From NCBI RefSeq assembly GCF_006345805.1, contig NC_042997.1, positions 166,284,001-166,348,000 on the forward strand: a DNA stretch of 64,000 nucleotides. The letters run 5' to 3'. Of the stretch, positions 57,058 through 64,000 are shown piece by piece. Position 1 is the first letter of the stretch, and each line of letters starts with the position of its first letter. The notes beneath the pieces were generated by a model. That model saw only the letters and a list, made by a program, of their open reading frames with translations, was not told the DNA's origin and made no database searches. Source of the DNA: Octopus sinensis (lineage: Eukaryota). The position numbers and the translations under genes were made by a program.

Positions 57058-58520
57058 CTTTTATCTTTTACTTGTTTCAGTCAAAAAAAACTGCCTTGAA
57101 TGGTTTAGTCAAAGAACCCAACTCCAATGCATGTTTTTAAAGTTTGGTATATACTCTATCAGTCTCATTGCTAAAGTGCCAAGTTACAATGTGAACAAAC
57201 CAGCACCAGATGTGTAGAGGAGACACACAAACACACACACACATGCACATACGCATGTGCACACACACATGCACAACAGGCTTCTACACAGTTTTTGCCA
57301 ACCGAATTGGCATTAGTTGGCCTGAGGCTATAGCAGAAGACATTTGCCAAAAGTGCTGTGCAGTGGGATGAGCCAAAACCATGCCATTGCAAATCAAGCT
57401 TCTCAAATATACACCCATGCTTGCACCTATATCACATGGCCATGCCTACACCTACGGCTATGCTTATGCCTATGCAAAGATAACAGAGATCACAAGGAGA
57501 AAACTGAATACAAACTGAAAATAAATTACAGTTGGATATACATTGGATGGGAATAAGAAGCATAATAATGAATGGTAAGAAATGGTGAGAAAAATAATTG
57601 CTCATGGCTGTGTGGTAAGAACAAGTGCATATGTGTCTGTGTGGTAAGAAGCTTCTTTCTTAATTGCATGGCTCCAGGTTCAGTCCCGCTGCATGGCATC
57701 TTGGCCAAGTGTCTTCTATACACGACCAAAGCCTTGTGAGTGGATTTGGTAGATGGAAACTGCAAGAAACTCATCGTGTGTGTGTGTGTGTACATATATA
57801 TATATATCTGGGTGTGTGTGTCTTGGTTTGTCCCTCACCACTACTTAACAACCAGTGTTGGTTTGTTTATATCTTCTTAACTTCAGCATGAGTCCAATAA
57901 GTAATGGGCTTTAAAAAAAAGTATTGGGATCGATTCATTCCACTAAAAATTCTTTGAGGCAATGCTCCAGCATGGCCGCAGTCTAATGACTGAAACAAGT
58001 AGGAAAAAAAATAAAAGATAGTAAAATTAATGATAAGGCTGTCATGAGTTAAGGTGAGTAAAGCTATGAGATTGCTGAAGTACTCTTTCCACAGGAGCAG
58101 GCATAGCTGTGTGATTAAGAAACTCACTTTGTAACCATATAGTTTCAGGTTCAAACCCACAGTGCAGCACCTTGGGCAAATGTCTTTTACTATAACCCCA
58201 AGCCAATTAATGCTATGCGAAGGAATTTAGTAGATGGAAACTGTGTGGAAGCCCATCATTTGTGTTGCGTGTGTGTGTGACAGAGAGAGAGAGAGAGAGG
58301 GAGAGAGAGAGAGGGAGAGAGAGAGAGTGTGTGCCTTTGTGTTTGTTAGGTCTCCCCCACTACTTGACAGTTAATGTTGTTTTGTTTACAACCCTGTAAC
58401 TTAGATAAAATAAGTTTCAGACTTTAGAAAATAAGTATTGGGGTCAGTTAGTTACTAAACTTTTAAGGTAATGGTCAAGCATGGCAATAGTCCAATAACT
58501 GAAACAAATAAATGATAAAA
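57058..58520. mobile_element. Cluster of three family-1 SINEs (57058-57430 minus; 57604-58020 plus; 58095-58520 plus)
   Basis: Each has a recognisable head, core and tail. Partial copies also at about 12430-12550, 15430-15595, 22040-22180, 28800-28970, 39965-40115 and 55985-56230. Confidence 0.8.
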
Positions 58521-58739
58521 GATAACATAATATAGATTATATAGTTAAGTGATTCTCCAGGAATAAAAACAATAAGTAAAGTAACAGAATAATTTAGAGG
58601 TAACAAGAGTAAGACAGCTGAATAGTTTATTATTTTAAAGTAGTGAATGACTAAAATTTGATTTAAAAAAAGTCAAAATATGATATGATTTAAATGAAAC
58701 TTCTAAGCAAAAGAATGAATAAAGAAACTCTATACTCAC

Positions 58740-58854
58740 ATATAATATAATGTCTGGTGATTCTTTGCCAACATACATGAAAAATACTTCATTATGATGA
58801 TAGTGCTCAATCTCTGTAAACTTACCCTCACTGGTTATAGTGTTAATGGGATCC
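58740..58854 (-). CDS. TMX3: TMX3 internal exon (115 nt, phase 2 to 0)
   Basis: TTTAG|G GAT CCC... encodes DPINTITSEGKFTEIEHYHHNEVFFMYVGKESPDIILY|GTGAGT. It aligns by eye with human TMX3 ALIRPLPSQQMFEHMQKRHRVFFVYVGGESPLK (human sequence recalled). Confidence 0.8.
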
Positions 58855-59415
58855 CTAAACAGAAAGACACACACATATATATATATACATAATATATACA
58901 TACATACAAACATATATATATAAAAGTTTTGAGAGAACTGGGATTTTTTTGTCTCTTAAACAGATACTAAACAATTATTGAAAATTATAACTAGGGTCAG
59001 GTTAATACATAAGCTTAAAAAGGGATAAAGACCCCCTTCAGTCATGAATGACCATGGGATTGCACCTAGAAAGTTCTCATCTGAGGTACAAGTTTGGGCG
59101 AGGTTGTTTATGGAAGATCACCAGTCACTCATGCATACCAGCCTCAATGTTATCCCAAGGGATACAGCTTGGCACCAGTAAAGTTGCAACTCATTTCTAC
59201 AGCTGAGTGAACTAGAGTAATGTGAAAAAAGTGTCTTGCATAAAAACACAACACACAGCCCAGTCCAGGAATTGAACTCACGAAGTCATGATTGAGAGTC
59301 CAACACCCTAACCACTGAGCCATGTGCCTTCATTACATAAGCTTAAGAGGCTTAAATCCTAGGAAATCAAGTAGTCTATGCAATGCCCATTACTTCATTT
59401 AATAATACTAAAAGC

Positions 59416-60300
59416 TACGTTCTTCTCGAACCCCGAAGTTCCTAGATGTTCAGTAATTCCCTACGTATTAACTTAAAACCTGTTGTTCCTTCGTCGTTAT
59501 TCCTTTCCCCAAAGATACCCTAAATTCCCTACGAAATTTTTTCTCTCTCTCTTATTTATATTACGTTCTTCTCGAACCCCGAAGTTCCTAGATGTTCAGT
59601 AATTTCTGTTACAGAAAATTCCCTACGTATTAACTTAAAACCTGTTGTTCCTTCGTCGTTATTCCTTTCCCCAAAGATACCCTAAATTCCCTACGAAATT
59701 TTTTCTCTCTCTCTTATTTATATTACGTTCTTCTCGAACCCCGAAGTTCCTAGATGTTCAGTAATTTCTGTTGCAGAAAATTCCCTACGTATTAACTTAA
59801 AACCTGTTGTTCCTTCGTCGTTATTCCTTTCCCCAAAGATACCCTAAATTCCCTACGAAATTTTTTCTCTCTCTCTTATTTATATTACGTTCTTCTCGAA
59901 CCCCGAAGTTCCTAGATGTTCAGTAATTTCTGTTACAGAAAATTCCCTACGTATTAACTTAAAACCTGTTGTTCCTTCGTCGTTATTCCTTTCCCCAAAG
60001 ATACCCTAAATTCCCTACGAAATTTTTTCTCTCTCTTATTTATATTACGTTCTTCTCGAACCCCGAAGTTCCTAGATGTTCAGTAATTTCTGTTGCAGAA
60101 AATTCCCTACGTATTAACTTAAAACCTGTTGTTCCTTCATCGTTATTCCTTTCCCCAAAGATACCCTAAATTCCCTACGAAATTTTTTCTCTCTCTCTTA
60201 TTATATTACGTTCTTCTCGAACCCCGAAGTTCCTAGATGTTCAGTAATTTCTGTTGCAGAAAATTCCCTACGTATTAACTTAAAACCTGTTGTTCCTTCG
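59416..60300. repeat. Tandem array of ~162-bp units (about 5.6 units) abutting the RTE 5' end
   Basis: Units start with TACGTTCTTCTCGAACCCCG at 59416, 59562, 59724, 59886, 60046 and 60207 (periods 146, 162, 162, 160, 161). Units are nearly identical. Confidence 0.97.
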
Positions 60301-60306
60301 AGGTGA

Positions 60307-60341
60307 CCCCGCCCTCCCACCCATCCACCAGAACCGGAAGT
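60307..60341 (+). promoter_or_regulatory. Candidate internal Pol II promoter motifs of the RTE (GC box, CACCC box, ETS site)
   Basis: CCCCGCCC at 60307, CTCCCACCC at 60314 and ACCGGAAGT at 60333, about 110-145 bp upstream of the ORF ATG. Confidence 0.35.
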
Positions 60342-60452
60342 TTCTGTTTTCTATCTTTCTTGACCCCCCCCCGCACCCCTATGTAGGGTTTATTGTGATC
60401 ATATAGCGCAAAAACTGTGAAATTTATGCAGGTTGTAGTCTAGAGTCTCAGT

Positions 60453-63400
60453 ATGATATCTGGCAAATGCAAGCTTTCTTTTCAGGTACATAACACTGCT
60501 GTCCCTCATCCCAGGGTCTCAGAGGCCCACACCTCCCACACCCTCAGGGTGGGCACCCTCAACGTTGGCACATTGAAAGGTAGGTCTGGCGAGATAGTCG
60601 AGATGCTTGAACGGAGACGTGTTGATGTATGTTGTATGCAAGAAATAAGGTGGAGAGGAGGATCTGCTAGGGTCCTCACAGGCAAGGAACACAGGTACAA
60701 GATTTTCTGGGCAGGGAACACTGACGGGGTTGGTGGCGTGGGTATACTTATCGCTGAGAAATGGATAGATAGAGTAATTGAGGTAATCAGAGTAAGTGAC
60801 AGAATACTTAAGATTAGAATAGTGCTTCATAATAGATTAGCAACCATTATATCGGCCTATGCCCCTCAGCCAGGGCTACCCGATGGACAGAAAGACAGTT
60901 TCTATGACACCCTACTGCAGACCACCTCATCGACGAACGACAGGGACCTTCTCTTTGTGGCTGGTGATTTCAATGGGCATGTTGGACGACATGCTGGGGG
61001 CTTCCATGGCGTACATGGAGGCTACGGTTATGGTTCCCGCAACGAGGAGGGAACCAGGCTGCTGGAGTTCTGCGATGCGAATAGTCTTATGGTCTGCAAC
61101 ACTAACTTCAGGAAACCAACAAGCCACCTGGTCACCTACCGATCGGGCCGGCATACTAGCCAAATCGACTACATCCTTGCCAGAAAAAGGGAAAGATGGC
61201 TGCTTATAAATGCCAAAACCTTCCCAGGCGAAGAATGCACCCCACAACATAGACTGGTAGTTAGTGACTTTAGGATCAGGACTAAGAGGGCGACTAGAAG
61301 ACGACCAACATGGAGAAGAAGGGTCTGGAAGCTTAAAGCCCCTGCGAATGGACAGAGATTTAGAGATATGTTACTTGAAGCCTTTGACGAAGTGGAAGGG
61401 GGTATAGCTACACATGGGGTAGAAGACAACTGGACGTTTCTGAGGGACAACCTGCTGAAAGCCGCTGACCAGATCTGTGGCTGGTGCAAAGTCCCCTTAA
61501 GACCCAAAATAACGTGGTGGTGGAACAATATTGTTGACAGGGCTATTAGACAAAAGAAACAGGCTTGGAAGGCCTGGAAGAACGGTGGTAGCAGGGAAGG
61601 GTATCAGACTGCCAGAAGGGAAGCTAGGAGACAGGTCTATCTAGCCAGAGGGGAAGCAGATAAGAGAAAATTTGCCAATGTCCTGCGCCGTGAGGATGAA
61701 AGACTTGAGGTATTTCGTGTTGCAAGACAGTGTGTGAGAGAGAATCGTGATGTGGTAGGAGAGAAATGTGTTCGCATGGAGGATGGTTCACTTGCGCTAA
61801 ATGAGGATGCAAAGAGAGAAGCTTGGAGACGCCACTATGAAAGGTTACTGAATGAGGAAAATGAATGGGATAAAGAGAGTCTGCCGAATGTTGACCCTAC
61901 AGAGGGACCAGCTATCCGAGTTGATAGTTCCGTGGTAGCTAAGGCAATTAGAAGCATGAAGACAGGGAAAGCCCCAGGCCCATCAGGAATTACTGCAGAG
62001 ATGCTCAAAATATCTGGCAGTGTCGGCTATAACCTAGTCACCCGTATAGTCAACCAGGTGATACACGAAGGAGTCATACCCAATGACTGGTGCAGCAGCA
62101 TACTAGTCAACTGCTACAAAGGTAAAGGTGATGCCCTAGATACAAATAATTACAGAGGTATCAAGCTGTTGGATCAAGTAATGAAGGTTACGGAGAGGGT
62201 CATAGCCCAACTAATTAGAGAGAGAGTTAGTTTAGATGAGATGCAGTTTGGGTTCGTGCCAGGGAAAAGTACCACTGATGCTATATTCCTGGTAAGGCAG
62301 CTGCAGGAGAAATACCTAGCCAAAGATAAGCCCCTGTACCTGGCTTTCGTTGACATGGAGAAAGCTTTTGATAGGGTCCCCCGATCCCTTATCTGGTGGT
62401 CAATGAGGAAACTAGGGATAGATGAATGGCTGGTGAGGACTGTGCAAGCCATGTACAGAGATGCCGTAAGTAAGGTTAGGGTTGGCAACATGTACACAGA
62501 AGAATTCAAAGTAGAGGTTGGGGTCCACCAGGGTTCAGTACTCAGCCCCCTCCTATTTATCATAGTACTCCAGGCAATTACGGAGGAATTCAAGACAGGC
62601 TGTCCCTGGGAGCTCCTCTACGCTGACGACCTTGCTCTTATTGCTGAGTCACTATCAGAACTGGAGGAGAAGTTCCAGGTGTGGAAGGAGGGTTTAGAAT
62701 CAAGGGGCCTTAGAGTCAACCTAGCTAAAACCAAAGTACTAATAAGTAGAAAGGTAGACAATCCACAAATATCTTCAGGAAGATGGCCCTGCTCGATCTG
62801 TAGAAAAGGTGTAGGTAGAAACTCTATAAGATGTACCCAGTGTAAGCTATGGACACATAAGAGGTGCAGCAATGTCAAAGGTAGGCTAACTGGGAAGATA
62901 GTTTTTGTATGTGGCAGATGCTCGGGAGCATTAACCTCCGAAAATCTGCAGAAAACAACTTCCGTCACTTTCCAGGGGGAAAAACTAGAAGTAGTTGATA
63001 GCTTCCGTTATCTAGGTGACCAAGTCAGTAGTGGGGGTGGGTGCGCTGAAAGTGTAACTGCTAGAATAAGAATAGCCTGGGCAAAGTTTAGGGAGCTCTT
63101 ACCTCTGCTGGTGACTAAAGGCCTCTCGCTCAGAGTAAAAGGCAGACTGTATGATGCGTGTGTACGAACAGCCATGCTACATGGCAGCGAAACATGGGCC
63201 GTGACTGCTGAGGACATGCGTAAGCTCGTGAGGAATGAAGCCAGTATGCTCCGATGGATGTGTAATGTCAGTGTACATACTCGACAGAGCGTTAGCACCT
63301 TGAGAGAAATGTTGTACCTAAGAAGCATCAGTTGTGGTGTGCAAGAGAGACGATTGCGCTGGTATGGTCATGTGGCGAGAATGGATGAAGATAGGTGTGT

Positions 63401-63575
63401 GAGAAAGTGCCAATCCCTAGCAGTTGAGGGAACCCGTGGAAGAGGTAGACCCAGGAAAACCTGGGACGAGGTGGTGAAGCACGACCTTCGAACTTTAGGC
63501 CTCACTGAGGAAATGACCAGAGACCGAGACCTTTGGAAATATTCTGTACGTGAGAAGACCAGGCAGGACAAGTGA
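60453..63575 (+). CDS. RTE-clade non-LTR retrotransposon ORF (AP endonuclease + reverse transcriptase + embedded PHD finger), 1040 aa, uninterrupted
   Basis: APE motifs GTLNVGTL, CMQEIRW, SAYAPQ, GDFNGH, IDYIL, QHRLV. RT motifs YRGIKLL, QFGF, FVDMEKAFDRV, GVHQGSVLSPLLF, YADD, GLRVNLAKTK, YLG. RTE-type C-terminus LHGSETW, RRLRWYGHVARM, RGRGRPRKTW. Confidence 0.96.
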   Translation: MISGKCKLSFQVHNTAVPHPRVSEAHTSHTLRVGTLNVGTLKGRSGEIVEMLERRRVDVCCMQEIRWRGGSARVLTGKEHRYKIFWAGNTDGVGGVGILIAEKWIDRVIEVIRVSDRILKIRIVLHNRLATIISAYAPQPGLPDGQKDSFYDTLLQTTSSTNDRDLLFVAGDFNGHVGRHAGGFHGVHGGYGYGSRNEEGTRLLEFCDANSLMVCNTNFRKPTSHLVTYRSGRHTSQIDYILARKRERWLLINAKTFPGEECTPQHRLVVSDFRIRTKRATRRRPTWRRRVWKLKAPANGQRFRDMLLEAFDEVEGGIATHGVEDNWTFLRDNLLKAADQICGWCKVPLRPKITWWWNNIVDRAIRQKKQAWKAWKNGGSREGYQTARREARRQVYLARGEADKRKFANVLRREDERLEVFRVARQCVRENRDVVGEKCVRMEDGSLALNEDAKREAWRRHYERLLNEENEWDKESLPNVDPTEGPAIRVDSSVVAKAIRSMKTGKAPGPSGITAEMLKISGSVGYNLVTRIVNQVIHEGVIPNDWCSSILVNCYKGKGDALDTNNYRGIKLLDQVMKVTERVIAQLIRERVSLDEMQFGFVPGKSTTDAIFLVRQLQEKYLAKDKPLYLAFVDMEKAFDRVPRSLIWWSMRKLGIDEWLVRTVQAMYRDAVSKVRVGNMYTEEFKVEVGVHQGSVLSPLLFIIVLQAITEEFKTGCPWELLYADDLALIAESLSELEEKFQVWKEGLESRGLRVNLAKTKVLISRKVDNPQISSGRWPCSICRKGVGRNSIRCTQCKLWTHKRCSNVKGRLTGKIVFVCGRCSGALTSENLQKTTSVTFQGEKLEVVDSFRYLGDQVSSGGGCAESVTARIRIAWAKFRELLPLLVTKGLSLRVKGRLYDACVRTAMLHGSETWAVTAEDMRKLVRNEASMLRWMCNVSVHTRQSVSTLREMLYLRSISCGVQERRLRWYGHVARMDEDRCVRKCQSLAVEGTRGRGRPRKTWDEVVKHDLRTLGLTEEMTRDRDLWKYSVREKTRQDK

Positions 63576-63660
63576 GCCCAGCCCACTTATGAATGCCTTT
63601 CCTCCCTTGGACACAAAGACCGGTTGAGGCAAGCGAAGTCGATATAGAACCTCATCCGAC

Positions 63661-64000
63661 GACAGACACCCATGCCAACCCCCCATGCTTGCGAAGACAT
63701 GTTGGGGCAAGCGAAATCGAAATCGAAACCGAATTGAACCAGCCAGGATCCCTGGCCTGGTGGTACGTAAAAAGCACTATCCGACTCGTGGCCGTGGCAC
63801 GTAAAATACTCCAATGCGACCGTACGACAGGCACCCATGCCAACCCCCTTTGCTTGTGAAGACATGTTGGGGCAAGCGAAATCGAAATCGAATTGAACCA
63901 GCCAGGATCCCTGGTCTGGTGGTACGTAAAAAGCACTATCCGACTCGTGGCCGTGGCACGTAAAATACTCCAATGCGACCGTACGACAGGCACCCATGCC
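63661..64000 (+). repeat. Tandem 165/159-bp units in the RTE 3' UTR, running off the window
   Basis: GACAG(A/G)CACCCATGCC recurs at 63661, 63826 and 63985. Units differ mainly by a 6-bp indel. Confidence 0.93.

Larger units (their letters stand above)
60301..64000 (+). mobile_element. Young RTE LINE, right end beyond the window (5' end may extend to 59416)
   Basis: Intact ORF, visibly higher GC and CpG than the flanks, and a 3' UTR related to the dispersed repeats in this window. Confidence 0.9.

Noticed and set aside
59416-60300. CRISPR-like array
   Set aside because: Whole units repeat with no unique spacers, there are no cas genes, and the context is eukaryotic.
60506-63997. Overlapping antisense and alternative-frame ORFs within the RTE and its 3' UTR
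   Set aside because: They are shadows of a GC-richer coding sequence or repeat, with no recognisable motifs.

Overview
AT-rich, microsatellite- and repeat-dense eukaryotic DNA. It is most likely from an octopod cephalopod, inferred from the SINE/RTE repeat families and not proven. Two protein-coding genes can be rebuilt by hand. (1) A + strand, two-coding-exon gene for a secreted angiopoietin-like/fibrinogen-related protein (signal peptide, coiled coil, FReD domain): 6344-6992 joined to 37494-38125 gives 426 aa across a 30.5-kb phase-1 intron. (2) Four phase-compatible internal exons of a - strand TMX3 (ER protein disulfide isomerase) gene: 58854-58740, 49721-49644, 45600-45534 and 42982-42817. 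I found no further TMX3 exon downstream, so the FReD gene appears to be nested antisense in a TMX3 intron. The right end holds a young, apparently intact RTE-clade LINE (1040-aa APE+RT ORF) with a C4HC3 PHD finger inside the RT. It is bracketed by a near-perfect 162-bp tandem array at its 5' side and ~160-bp tandem units in its 3' UTR. The rest is mobile-element debris: tRNA-derived SINEs with shuffled modules, truncated and decayed RTE copies, a full-length dead Tc1, TTAA-flanked piggyBac-type MITEs, a hAT MITE and a non-autonomous Helitron. No rRNA, tRNA or CRISPR array was seen. All calls are by eye, with no database search.
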